Origin: an uncultured Eubacteriales bacterium
Lineage (GTDB): Bacteria > Bacillota > Clostridia > Oscillospirales > CAG-272
Direction of reading: 5' to 3'
Assembly: GCA_948467545.1 (NCBI GenBank)
Contig: CAOKER010000006.1
Coordinates: 664-64,663, forward strand
Length of the DNA: 64,000 nt
Under the pieces are notes generated by a model. It was not told the DNA's origin. It saw nothing but the letters and a program-made list of their open reading frames with translations, and ran no database searches. Every line of letters starts with the position of its first letter. The stretch's first letter is position 1. Of the stretch, positions 39,550 through 49,567 are shown piece after piece. The translations under genes and the position numbers were made by a program.

Positions 39550-42500
39550 ATGAAAGGATTCCGAAAAGCGCGTAAAATTATGGCTCTCGGACTTGCACCG
39601 GCATTGTTAATGGGTATCGTACCGGCACCGACAGCTCTGGCATCTTCGAATACCGAAGAAACTGTCAAGACTTCAACATACGGTCTTACGGATGATTTTG
39701 TGCTGTTTGATTTTACGGAAAAAGAAATCATGAAAACATCCGCAAATTCTGCGGACGGTATTTTTTGGACCGCTCCGACAGACGGAGACGGACATCAGAC
39801 TTTCCGGTTTGTAGAGAGTAAGGATGACGGATGTTATTATGAATTTACAAATTCGGATGAAAAGGATGATCCGTTTCTTTTGGGTACACTTGGAAAACGG
39901 GCTTTCAGTTCCGAATATAAGTATGCAAAACTAATGTACAGAACAACCAGCGCAGGAAGGACAAGTCTGTATTTTTGGGGTTCTGACGAAAAAGGACTGT
40001 CAGGAAACACATCTGTAAGCTTTACAAAGACATGCGACGGAAACTGGAACACCGAAGTGACGGATTTATCCGCAAATAAATACTGGTCCGGAAATATATT
40101 GATGTTCAGACTGAATACAATTAAGAACACCGCAAATACCGGAGATACTTTTGATCTTCGCTACATAGCTCTTTTTAAGACAAAGGAAGAGGCTGACGCT
40201 TACGAATTCATAAAAGGCGCTAATTTTGCGACCGAAAAAACCGTGTATGACTTGGAAGACCAAATAGATATATCTTATCTTAATACCTCATCAGGCGATT
40301 GGTTCGGTATTTTCACACGGGACGCAGATCCCGCTTCGGCGAAGCCGGTTGCAAGAACTGACGCAGACGCTGCCGAAAAAGTAAAATCTCTTGTTTTGGT
40401 TGAAAAAGGAACTAATCTTTCCGTCGGAGATTATAAAATATGCCTGATGGATTCTCATAATCAGGTATTGCGCCAGCGGAATATCAGTATAATCAGAATG
40501 GCTGATTACAGTAAGCTATATGAGATTCTTGAACAAGTGATGGATCATTCATATTATACGGACGATACTATTATCGATTTTGAAGACGCCTTAACCGGCA
40601 TTGAATATAATCTTTCGGTCACCGAACAAGATAAACTCAACTCACAGATTTCCGCTGTTGAAAATGCTTTTGCGAAATTGAAGCTGAAAGACGCTGATTA
40701 TTGGGACGTAGAGGCTGCCATAGCAAAAATTCCGGGAGACCTGACCGTATATACCGATGAAAGCATAGGGGCACTTCGGCAGGCGCAGAATTCGGTCGTA
40801 TACGGAAAAACAATCGATAAGCAAAACGAAGTAAACGAATACGCTCTTGCGATTTATTCGGCTATTGATAATTTGGTCCGCAAGGAGGGCGCTGTGTCAA
40901 CAAGCACAAATTATTCTAAAATAAACGGAGCTTTGGCGGGAGTAGATGATTTGGGAAGAACGCTTCCGATGAACGACACCGTTCCGAACAGCCGTGAAGG
41001 TGAACGGTATGTCGGAATATTCTATTTTCTCTGGCAGGGACAGCACGGTACCTCAGGTCCTTACGATAACAGCAAGCTTGAAAAAATAGAAGGTGCTTTG
41101 AGTTCTGAACAAGGATGGATTTCGGCAGGAGGCGGAGCCGTAGGCAGCCACCACTTCTGGGGCGAACCGCTTTTCGGATATTACACCTCCAACGATGAAT
41201 GGGTTATGCGCAAGCATGTTCAGATGCTGACCGACGCAGATGTGGATTTTCTGGTATTTGACACCACTAACGGATATACCTATACAAAACAGGCTCTGAA
41301 ACTGATGAGTATTTTAGACGAATATCAAAAAGACGGCTGGGACGTTCCGCAGGTTGTATTTTATACCAATTCCAGTTCTCAGAAGACCATGACAGCAATC
41401 TACAACGATATATATAAGGCACATCCGGAATACAGCGGCCTTTGGTTTAACTGGGACGGAAAACCTATGATCATCGGAGACGAGTCGGACGCAAGCGCAG
41501 AAGTGAAATCTTTCTTCAGAATAAAAGCGAGTCAGTGGCCGAATGAAGATAAAAAGGATGACGGATTCCCATGGATGGAATTCAGCCGCTCTCTGACGGA
41601 CGACGCTGTTTATGGCTTGAACGGAATACGCGAAATAATGAATGTTTCAATTGCCCAGCATGCCAGTACTACCCGTTTCAGCGCGACAGCATGGTACGGT
41701 GCCAATGACAGCAGCAGAAGCTGGCACAACGGAGCCAATGACACTTCTGACGGCGCAGTAAACATGGGCTACAATTTTGCCGAACAATGGGAATATGCCA
41801 TTGCCAAAGATCCGCAGATGATTTTTATAACCGGATGGAACGAATGGGTGGCACAGCGCCAAAACGGAATCGCCGGCGAACCTATTGTATTTGTAGACTG
41901 CGCAAATGAAAACAACAGCCGTGACGCCGAGCCTATGAAAGGCGGATTCGGAGACAACTACTACATGCAGATGATAAACTATATCCGTATGTATAAGGGT
42001 ACAGATCCGAAAGTCAACATCGGCGGCAACAAAACAATCGACGTCGACGGAAGCTTCGACCAATGGAACAGTGAAGATATTACCGCCATATACAAGGATT
42101 ACTCCGGCGACACTGCATACCGCAACTCCGTTGGCTTTGGTCTGAAAACGTACAGAAATTATACAGGACGCAATGACATACAGAATATGAAGGCTGCCAG
42201 AGACACAAACAACATTTACTTCTACGCAGATACAGCAGACAATATTACCGAACCCACAGAACATTGGATGTCACTGTTTTTGAACACCGGCAATGAAAAT
42301 CATGAAAATTGGAAAGGCTACGATTATGTGATTAACCGCACAGCACCCGAAAACGGTAAAGCCGTACTGGAAAAATACGACGGCGGGAGCTGGACAAGAG
42401 TAGCTTTGATTGATATGAAGGTAGAAAACAACAAAATGATGTTATCCGTACCGCGTATATTGCTGGAATTGGAATTCGGTCAGGTAAACGCTTTGAATCT

Positions 42501-42804
42501 GCAGTTCAAATGGGCTGATAACTATCAGGATGAAGACGACATCTGGACATTCTATGAAGACGGTGATGCCGCCCCCTACGGGCGCCTGAACTACGTTTTC
42601 AGCGGAGCGGATGAAGCCCCGGCAAGCTATGATCTTAACGGCGACGGAAAGCTCAACGCGAAAGATCTTGTCCGTTTAATGAAATATATCTCCGCCGACG
42701 GAAAAGGTATCGAGGTATCGGCAAGCACGGATATAAACGGCGACGGGGTGACAAACGCAAAGGATATAGTGCGGCTGATGAAGTACCTTGCCGAGACAGA
42801 ATAA
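39550..42804 (+). CDS. Secreted multidomain glycoside-hydrolase-like protein (GH99/GH71-like barrel) with C-terminal dockerin
   Basis: Signal peptide; FIVAR-like helices; VGIFYFLW, WGEPLFGYY, DFLVFDTTN, ITGWNEW; paired Ca loops DLNGDGKLNAKD / DINGDGVTNAKD. Confidence 0.7.
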   Translation: MKGFRKARKIMALGLAPALLMGIVPAPTALASSNTEETVKTSTYGLTDDFVLFDFTEKEIMKTSANSADGIFWTAPTDGDGHQTFRFVESKDDGCYYEFTNSDEKDDPFLLGTLGKRAFSSEYKYAKLMYRTTSAGRTSLYFWGSDEKGLSGNTSVSFTKTCDGNWNTEVTDLSANKYWSGNILMFRLNTIKNTANTGDTFDLRYIALFKTKEEADAYEFIKGANFATEKTVYDLEDQIDISYLNTSSGDWFGIFTRDADPASAKPVARTDADAAEKVKSLVLVEKGTNLSVGDYKICLMDSHNQVLRQRNISIIRMADYSKLYEILEQVMDHSYYTDDTIIDFEDALTGIEYNLSVTEQDKLNSQISAVENAFAKLKLKDADYWDVEAAIAKIPGDLTVYTDESIGALRQAQNSVVYGKTIDKQNEVNEYALAIYSAIDNLVRKEGAVSTSTNYSKINGALAGVDDLGRTLPMNDTVPNSREGERYVGIFYFLWQGQHGTSGPYDNSKLEKIEGALSSEQGWISAGGGAVGSHHFWGEPLFGYYTSNDEWVMRKHVQMLTDADVDFLVFDTTNGYTYTKQALKLMSILDEYQKDGWDVPQVVFYTNSSSQKTMTAIYNDIYKAHPEYSGLWFNWDGKPMIIGDESDASAEVKSFFRIKASQWPNEDKKDDGFPWMEFSRSLTDDAVYGLNGIREIMNVSIAQHASTTRFSATAWYGANDSSRSWHNGANDTSDGAVNMGYNFAEQWEYAIAKDPQMIFITGWNEWVAQRQNGIAGEPIVFVDCANENNSRDAEPMKGGFGDNYYMQMINYIRMYKGTDPKVNIGGNKTIDVDGSFDQWNSEDITAIYKDYSGDTAYRNSVGFGLKTYRNYTGRNDIQNMKAARDTNNIYFYADTADNITEPTEHWMSLFLNTGNENHENWKGYDYVINRTAPENGKAVLEKYDGGSWTRVALIDMKVENNKMMLSVPRILLELEFGQVNALNLQFKWADNYQDEDDIWTFYEDGDAAPYGRLNYVFSGADEAPASYDLNGDGKLNAKDLVRLMKYISADGKGIEVSASTDINGDGVTNAKDIVRLMKYLAETE

Positions 42805-42846
42805 ATCTTTTATTACAGCTTTTATAAACATCAAACTTATAAAATG

Positions 42847-42879
42847 AATGGGGTTGTCTTGTTAAGACAGCCCCATTTT
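42847..42879. terminator. Terminator between convergent genes
   Basis: AATGGGGTTGTCTT-gtt-AAGACAGCCCCATT. Confidence 0.75.
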
Positions 42880-42933
42880 AATTTTAATTTTATACTGTTC
42901 TGATTGCTCAGACAAGCAGCCGATATAAAATTG

Positions 42934-44118
42934 TTATTTTACTATATTGGAATACACGCGATAAAAACTATCAACTTCATTCCTGGTATTAAAAATACTG
43001 AAACTTACCCTTACAGCTCCGTATTCCGGAGTTCCGAGCGTCTTATGGGCAAGCGGAGCGCAATGCAGCCCCGCCCTGACGCAAATTCCGGCCTTTTCAA
43101 GCTCACCCGCCAACTGCTCGGAGCTCATATCCGCATAATTAAAAAGTACCGTTCCGCCTATTCTTTCCGGCATATATACCTTTGTATTCCGCACGCTTAT
43201 GAGCATTTCGGTAAGCCTTTTGCCGAGCGCACATTCATGTGCATATATCTCTTCGGCGCCGCGGAGCTTTACAAAGTCAATTCCTTTTTTGAGAGCGCCG
43301 ATCGCAGGAGTAGACATCGTTCCCGCCTCAAAGCGTTCGGGAAGCGCCGACGGCATATTCAAATCAATTGAAGCAACTCCGCTTCCTCCCTCAATTACCG
43401 TCGACAGAAAATCGGCGGATGACGCCGCTTTATCTCCGAATATAATAAAGCCGCTTCCCTGCGGTCCATACAAACCTTTATGACCGGCTGAACAAAGCGC
43501 GTCAATCCCGCATTTCTGAATATTAATTTCCGCACATCCGGCTGTCTGGGCTGAATCCACAACAAAATAAAGAGGATTTTTCCCCCTAACAGAAGAATTG
43601 CCGGAGCCGCGTCTGGAGTTAATCTCTTTTACAAGCGCTCCGATTTTTTCTATCGGAAGCCTTAACCCGCAGATATTAGAGCCATGATTTGCAACTATAA
43701 TTCTCGTTTTCGGCGTAATCAATCTTTTTATATCGCGGATTATTTCCTCGTCACTTACTCCGGCCTTATATATACTGTAGTGTATATTTCTCTTTGAAAG
43801 CGCTGCTACAGGCCTTAATACCGAATTATGCTCGATACCGGAAATCAGGATACCGCATCCGGGACGGGAAAACGCTTTAATTGCAATATTAAGTGCGTAA
43901 GTGTCGTTATAGGTAAAAACAACATTTTCAGGATGATCGCTGCCGAACATCTCTGCTACCGCGCATCTGCAATCATATATTTTCTCCGAAGCCGCAAGCG
44001 CCATCCGGTGACTGCCGCGTCCCGGGTTTCCGTATTCACCGGAAACAATTCCCAAAAGCTCCCTGTATACCTCAGGCGGCTTAGGCCAGCTCGTAGCGGC
44101 ATTATCAAAATATATCAA
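42934..44118 (-). CDS. Cysteine desulfurase-like aminotransferase class V
   Basis: IYFDNAATS, EHNS, DSAQ, GHKGLYGP, EAGT, RAGLHCA. Confidence 0.92.
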   Translation of the reverse strand: MIYFDNAATSWPKPPEVYRELLGIVSGEYGNPGRGSHRMALAASEKIYDCRCAVAEMFGSDHPENVVFTYNDTYALNIAIKAFSRPGCGILISGIEHNSVLRPVAALSKRNIHYSIYKAGVSDEEIIRDIKRLITPKTRIIVANHGSNICGLRLPIEKIGALVKEINSRRGSGNSSVRGKNPLYFVVDSAQTAGCAEINIQKCGIDALCSAGHKGLYGPQGSGFIIFGDKAASSADFLSTVIEGGSGVASIDLNMPSALPERFEAGTMSTPAIGALKKGIDFVKLRGAEEIYAHECALGKRLTEMLISVRNTKVYMPERIGGTVLFNYADMSSEQLAGELEKAGICVRAGLHCAPLAHKTLGTPEYGAVRVSFSIFNTRNEVDSFYRVYSNIVK

Positions 44119-44363
44119 TGCTTCTCACCGCCCGTTTTAATTACCTCTGAATAACGAATCCCGTTTTCAGAGAGAAGAGCGACAGCAGTCTTTGTATATC
44201 GGCAATCCAATACAATTCCGTAAGCGCACCCGTGCCTCGTCATGGACGGAGCAAGATGCGTTACGGAAGACACAATATTATTTTGCCCGAAAAGCTTTTG
44301 ACCTTTTAGTGCAAAGGTCATCGAGCCAACGGCAATTATACATTTTTCACTGTATTCTTTCAT
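44115..44363 (-). CDS. DUF3343 domain protein
   Basis: SMTFALK..GCAY; translationally coupled to the desulfurase. Confidence 0.75.
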   Translation of the reverse strand: MKEYSEKCIIAVGSMTFALKGQKLFGQNNIVSSVTHLAPSMTRHGCAYGIVLDCRYTKTAVALLSENGIRYSEVIKTGGEKH

Positions 44364-44619
44364 TTAACTTCATTCCCTTCTTTTATCGCCAAGCGCCTGA
44401 AATTCCGCAGAATTGCGCTTCCCCGCTTCGCAAACAGATTGTCGTCAGCGGCCTTTGTTAGCACTTAACGGCGATTGTTCTTCCGGAAATAAGCAGACAA
44501 TGAAGCCGCTTCTCCTAAGACAGTATATGAAATAAATACACACGGCGTGACAGCCATTCAAGTTGAACGGACAGTATTGAATCAATACAAGAATTCCTTA
44601 AGAAACTATAGAAAATGAC

Positions 44620-44648
44620 TTGAAAAACTTTACAAGCTATGATATAAT
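44620..44648 (+). promoter_or_regulatory. sigma-A promoter
   Basis: TTGAAA-N17-TATAAT with TG extension. Confidence 0.7.
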
Positions 44649-44708
44649 TGCTCAGGCAGAAAATTGCCTAAAAACTGCAGATTCGCACATATTAAAAGGA
44701 GATTAATA

Positions 44709-46835
44709 ATGCAGATTGTACGCGAACTTATTGAGCGTTATCTTCCGGGACACAGCAATGAATTTATAATTGAAGTTATTCCGCCCGAAAACGGACACGA
44801 TACATATGAGCTGGACAGGGAAGACGGAAAAATTATCCTGCGCGGAAACAATGCGGGATCTGTTTCCGCGGCGCTCGGATGGTATATTAAATATACTATG
44901 AACGCAAATATTTCATGGTGCGGAAAGCGGATTCCCGTTTTTGAGAAGGGAAAGCTTCCGACGCCCGAGCCATACCGAAGAGTTATAGAACAAGAGTTCC
45001 GCGTATATATGAACTACTGTACTCATTCCTATAGCGCCGCATGGTGGAATTGGGACAGATGGGAATATGAAATTGATATGATGGCTCTTAACGGCATTAA
45101 TATGCCTCTTGCCGTCACGGGTACAGAATCCGTTTGGTATGCGACACTTATCGATCTGGGATTCACCGATGAAGAAGCGCGTGATTTTCTTGCCGGACCT
45201 GCATTTCTCGCATGGCAGCTTATGACAAATCTTGAACACCATGGCGGACCTCTCCCGATGAGCTGGATTAAATCACATGAAGAGCTCGGCAAAAAAATAC
45301 TTGAAAGAGAACTTGCTTTCGGTATGAAGCCGATTCAGCAGGGCTATTCCGGATTTGTACCAAATTTAATGAAGGAAAAATTCCCCGACGGCAAATTTTT
45401 AACAAAGAAAACCTGGAATAATATCGGAGTAACTACGGAAATTGATCCTCTTGATCCGCTCTTCAAGAAAATCGGAACCGCCTTTATGAAAAATCAGAAG
45501 AAAATCTTCGGCACTTACGGTTTCTACGCATGCGATCCGTTTCATGAAGGAGAGCCTCCGGTTGAAGGAACAGAATACCTGAATAATGTCGGAAAAACAA
45601 TTTCAGAGCTTTACGCATCATTCGATGAAAAATATACATGGGTTATGCAGGCGTGGTCAATACGAAAGGATATAGTCAAAGCGGTTTCTCCGGAGCATCT
45701 GCTGATACTTGATCTCGACTGTCAGTTTCCCGTATGGCACGACGGTTATTGGGGATATAAATACATTGTCGGCCGACTTCATAATTTCGGAGCGCGCATG
45801 AGCAGTCTGCACGGAGATATGCATCTTGCGGCGTCCAACGGATTTAACAAGGCAAAAAAATATGCACCGGCAGCATGCGGTACAGGCTTGTTTATGGAAG
45901 GAATCGGACAGAATCCCGCGTTCTATGACCTCAGCCTTGAAATGCTCACGAGATCAGACTCCGTCAATCCTTATGAATGGGCAGAAAAATATATAGAGAG
46001 ACGTTACGGGGTTACGGGTGCCCAAGCGGAAAACGCAAAAAAGGCATGGAAACTTCTCCTCGATCATGTTTATGTTCCAAACACCGATTACACCGAACGC
46101 GGAACTGTGCTCTGTACACGTCCGTGTCTCAGACTTCGCGGAACCGGTCCTCAAGACTCTTTTGAAATTCACTACGATAACAAGATTCTGCTTGAAGTTA
46201 TCGATCTGCTTCGCTCTGTTCCGTCAGAAACAGAGGGGCTTACATACGATATAAATGATTTTTGCCGTCAGCTGCTTTCTAACTATGCCCAAAAACTATA
46301 TGCTCAGGTTTCATCTTCTTACATTGAAAAACATTTTGATGAATTTAAAAAATATAAGGATGAGTTTTTAGTTCTCCTTGACGATATCGACAAAATGCTC
46401 GCGGCACGTCCGGAATGGACAATCCAGAAATGGATTTCCGACGCGCGCGCGCTCGGTACCACCCCCGAAGAAAAGGATCTCTATGAATATAACGCAAGAA
46501 TTCAGATTACGATTTGGGGCAACGAACAAAACAGCCTTCTTTTTGATTATGCTTGGAAAGAGTGGTCGGGACTCATCGGAAGCTATCACAAACCAAGATG
46601 GAAAAAATTCTTTGATATGCTTGAGGAAAAGGCTGATGAAGGATTTGATTATCCTGCATATGAGGATACACTTCGAGTATTTGAAAATCGAATCGTATGG
46701 CACGCCGATAAATTTTATGAAGAACTCGGTAACTGGGAAGCAGCTTGGGTAAAAGATAAAACACCAATTGAACTTCCGAAAGTACATCCGAATTTCGTTT
46801 TTGAAATGGTTGATAAATATAAAGATAAGATATAA
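44709..46835 (+). CDS. Alpha-N-acetylglucosaminidase (GH89), no signal peptide
   Basis: NYCTHSY..WDRWEYEIDMMALNGIN..GPAFLAW..DPFHE..HNFG..DYA.KEWSGL. Confidence 0.92.
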   Translation: MQIVRELIERYLPGHSNEFIIEVIPPENGHDTYELDREDGKIILRGNNAGSVSAALGWYIKYTMNANISWCGKRIPVFEKGKLPTPEPYRRVIEQEFRVYMNYCTHSYSAAWWNWDRWEYEIDMMALNGINMPLAVTGTESVWYATLIDLGFTDEEARDFLAGPAFLAWQLMTNLEHHGGPLPMSWIKSHEELGKKILERELAFGMKPIQQGYSGFVPNLMKEKFPDGKFLTKKTWNNIGVTTEIDPLDPLFKKIGTAFMKNQKKIFGTYGFYACDPFHEGEPPVEGTEYLNNVGKTISELYASFDEKYTWVMQAWSIRKDIVKAVSPEHLLILDLDCQFPVWHDGYWGYKYIVGRLHNFGARMSSLHGDMHLAASNGFNKAKKYAPAACGTGLFMEGIGQNPAFYDLSLEMLTRSDSVNPYEWAEKYIERRYGVTGAQAENAKKAWKLLLDHVYVPNTDYTERGTVLCTRPCLRLRGTGPQDSFEIHYDNKILLEVIDLLRSVPSETEGLTYDINDFCRQLLSNYAQKLYAQVSSSYIEKHFDEFKKYKDEFLVLLDDIDKMLAARPEWTIQKWISDARALGTTPEEKDLYEYNARIQITIWGNEQNSLLFDYAWKEWSGLIGSYHKPRWKKFFDMLEEKADEGFDYPAYEDTLRVFENRIVWHADKFYEELGNWEAAWVKDKTPIELPKVHPNFVFEMVDKYKDKI

Positions 46836-46997
46836 AATTGCCCTTTGGTATCTAATAAAGACCAAAATCGGTTACGAGGCGTTCTATGCGGCAGATTTTG
46901 CCGCATAGAAAAAGGATAGAATTCCGGCATAATAGATATCATTTTATCTTTATATAGTAACTTTATTTTTATAACATGAAAAAATATCAAAAAGCTC

Positions 46998-47026
46998 TTG
47001 ACAAATCTCTTGTTTTATGTTATTCT
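46998..47026 (+). promoter_or_regulatory. sigma-A promoter of tRNA-Lys
   Basis: TTGACA-N17-TATTCT with TG extension. Confidence 0.7.
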
Positions 47027-47061
47027 ATTGTAGTCGGCAGGAAAATCAGTCGGCTGCATTT

Positions 47062-47137
47062 GCCCCATTAGCTCAGAAGGTAGAGCACTTGACTTTTAAT
47101 CAAGGTGTCCGGAGTTCGACTCTCCGATGGAGCACCA
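47062..47137 (+). tRNA. tRNA-Lys(UUU)
   Basis: 76-nt cloverleaf; anticodon arm CTTGA-CTTTTAA-TCAAG; GTTCGA T-loop; encoded CCA; one C3:A70 mismatch. Confidence 0.95.
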
Positions 47138-47339
47138 ATAGAGTATAATCCGAACTTTTTACCAATCGGTGAAGCGTTCGGATTTGTTCTTTTTACAGAC
47201 TATCCGAACTTAATACAAAAAATCAAAAATTCGTAAGTCAAAAAAATGACAAAGACATAAGAAATCGCAAGCGCCGGTAAATAGGCGGATACATTATGAA
47301 TATCTTTGCAAAAACAAGATTTACAAAAACAAATCTATT

Positions 47340-48179
47340 CTATACTTTCTTTGTAAAAACTCCGCACAAGGTTTCTTCCCGACCGGTTAAGGCTTTTCCG
47401 CAGACATCATCAAAAACAGCCGTCATTTCAAACTTCCCTCTTATAATTTCTTCCGTGAAAGTTTTTTCCGAATATATCTGATCCCATGTATTAAAACATT
47501 CACAGCTGTCTTCCGTAATAACTAAATAGCTGTCTAAAATGTTGTTTGTTTCTCTGTAAAAACGATTTTTCCAGATGACAACATGAGGAGCCGACGCCCA
47601 AAATCCGCTCGCTTCAAACTCCACACCCTGCATCTCATGAAATGTATTCAAATACGGCTCATTATACACATCTAAAATTAATATACCGCCGTTTTTCAAA
47701 GCCCTATGAATCTTTTTGAGCAGGACCATTCTGTTCTGCGGCGCCAACACGCCAAAGTCGCAATAAATCAAAATCGCAATATCAAACTCATTATCAAAAT
47801 CCATATCCAAATAATTTTGACAGCGGTATTCAATGTTCCGATTTGTTTCCCGCGCGTGGGCCTTGGCATACGCTATAGAACGTTTGGAAAAATCTATTCC
47901 GGTAACAGAAAATCCCTTGTCATACAGCAATTCCGAATAAATACCCGGTCCGCAGCCCAAGTCCAACAGACGTTTCCGATTTGTATTCGGACATTGTTCA
48001 CAAATCCATTCAACCGATTTTTGAATTGTAGACAGTTTCCTTGAAGCACCGTCATTATCTGCATCCAAATGAGCGGCTAACATTCCTTTTGAAATATGTT
48101 CGTCATCCCAAAATGCTTTGGAACTGCCCTGATAAACAGTCGGTTCTTCACTGAAAAACTTTATTACTTTATCATTCAT
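47340..48179 (-). CDS. Class I SAM-dependent methyltransferase
   Basis: FWDDEHISK, LDLGCGPG, GIDFS, LIYCDF. Confidence 0.9.
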   Translation of the reverse strand: MNDKVIKFFSEEPTVYQGSSKAFWDDEHISKGMLAAHLDADNDGASRKLSTIQKSVEWICEQCPNTNRKRLLDLGCGPGIYSELLYDKGFSVTGIDFSKRSIAYAKAHARETNRNIEYRCQNYLDMDFDNEFDIAILIYCDFGVLAPQNRMVLLKKIHRALKNGGILILDVYNEPYLNTFHEMQGVEFEASGFWASAPHVVIWKNRFYRETNNILDSYLVITEDSCECFNTWDQIYSEKTFTEEIIRGKFEMTAVFDDVCGKALTGREETLCGVFTKKV

Positions 48180-48339
48180 TTATATCACTCCATTACAACT
48201 TGCTAATCAAAAAGCGAAGCTTTGAGATTTTGTACTATAAAATTCAGACTGACCGCAACGCTTCGAGGCTTTGCTTTGCAAAATCGCTGTCTGTGACAGC
48301 GAAACGAAACCTGTGTCTTAAAGCGTTTCGCTTTAAGAT

Positions 48340-48368
48340 AATATAGCATAAACATTCGGAGATTTCAA
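48340..48368 (-). promoter_or_regulatory. sigma-A promoter for the methyltransferase
   Basis: TTGAAA-N17-TATATT with TG on the minus strand. Confidence 0.6.
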
Positions 48369-48477
48369 CAATTTCTTCGATATGAAATACCGAAGCCGGC
48401 GGTAATATCTTGTCTGCAGAAATCATGTCAAAAATTATGCCGTTATGATAAAAAATATACGCAGCAGGAGTAAGATT

Positions 48478-49422
48478 ATGATTATAAGCGCAAGCCGAAG
48501 AACGGATATTCCGTCCTACTATTCAGAGTGGTTCTTTAACAGAATTAAGGACGGCTATGCTTATGTGCGAAATCCGATGAATCCTCATATGATAAGTAAA
48601 ATATCACTGTCTCCGGATGTGGTGGACGGAATCGTCTTTTGGACAAAAAATCCTGCACCCATGCTGCATCGTTTGGAGGAGCTTCGCGATTACACATACT
48701 ACTTTCAGTTCACACTGACCCCGTACGGAACTGACACGGAGAAAAACATTCCTTCAAAGAACGACTTTGTAATACCTGCCTTTCGGAAGCTTTCATCTCT
48801 GATCGGCAGAGAAAGAGTTATATGGCGGTATGATCCGATAATGCTCAATGAAAGATATACAATGCGGTATCATAAGAAATATTTCCGCATGCTTTGTGAA
48901 CGCCTCGCGGATTATACGGAAAAATGCACTATAAGCTTTCTTGACCTATACATAAATATACGGCGCAGCATCGCAGAATCGGGTATTCGTGCTCCGACCG
49001 TCCAAGAAGCCGAGGAACTGACAGAGTATTTCGCCGCAGTCTCAAAAGAACACGGAATTTTCATCGATACCTGCGCCGAGAGTATCGACCTCGGCAAGTA
49101 CGGAGCAGCTCATGCCTGCTGCATAGACAAAAACCGTCTTGAGCGCATCGGCGGATACAGTCTCAGAACCGAACGCGACAAGAATCAGCGCGCCGCATGC
49201 GAATGCGCCGCTTCAATAGATATCGGTGCATACAGCACCTGCCGAAACGGCTGTGTTTATTGCTATGCAGGCTCACGCCGCGCTGACAGAGCTCGCTTGG
49301 GAAAACACAATCCGTCTTCTCCTCTGCTTGACGGCGATATATCAGACGAGGATATTGTCACACCGAGAGAAATGCATTCGCTCCGGGACGGCCAAATAAG
49401 CCTGTTTGACGACATACGGTAA
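48478..49422 (+). CDS. DUF1848 domain protein
   Basis: MIISASRRTDIP, VFWTKNP, WRYDPI, C-terminal DIG.Y..CxxxCxYCYA. Confidence 0.92.
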   Translation: MIISASRRTDIPSYYSEWFFNRIKDGYAYVRNPMNPHMISKISLSPDVVDGIVFWTKNPAPMLHRLEELRDYTYYFQFTLTPYGTDTEKNIPSKNDFVIPAFRKLSSLIGRERVIWRYDPIMLNERYTMRYHKKYFRMLCERLADYTEKCTISFLDLYINIRRSIAESGIRAPTVQEAEELTEYFAAVSKEHGIFIDTCAESIDLGKYGAAHACCIDKNRLERIGGYSLRTERDKNQRAACECAASIDIGAYSTCRNGCVYCYAGSRRADRARLGKHNPSSPLLDGDISDEDIVTPREMHSLRDGQISLFDDIR

Positions 49423-49521
49423 ACATTTTCAGAGGACGCCAATCTTCCGCCGGAAACATCCGTCTTAGAGGTGCGAGCCGTCTTAGAGGCGCGGGACAGT
49501 CTGCCAAAGTTATAAAAAATC

Positions 49522-49554
49522 AGCCTGAAAGAAAATCTTTCAGGCTATATTTTT
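49522..49554. terminator. Terminator between convergent genes
   Basis: AGCCTGAAAGA-aaa-TCTTTCAGGCT. Confidence 0.75.
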
Positions 49555-49567
49555 CTGTAAATCGCCG

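Noticed and set aside
47062-47137. tRNA-Lys as a pseudogene
   Set aside because: Only one acceptor-stem mismatch; the arms, CCA and promoter are intact.
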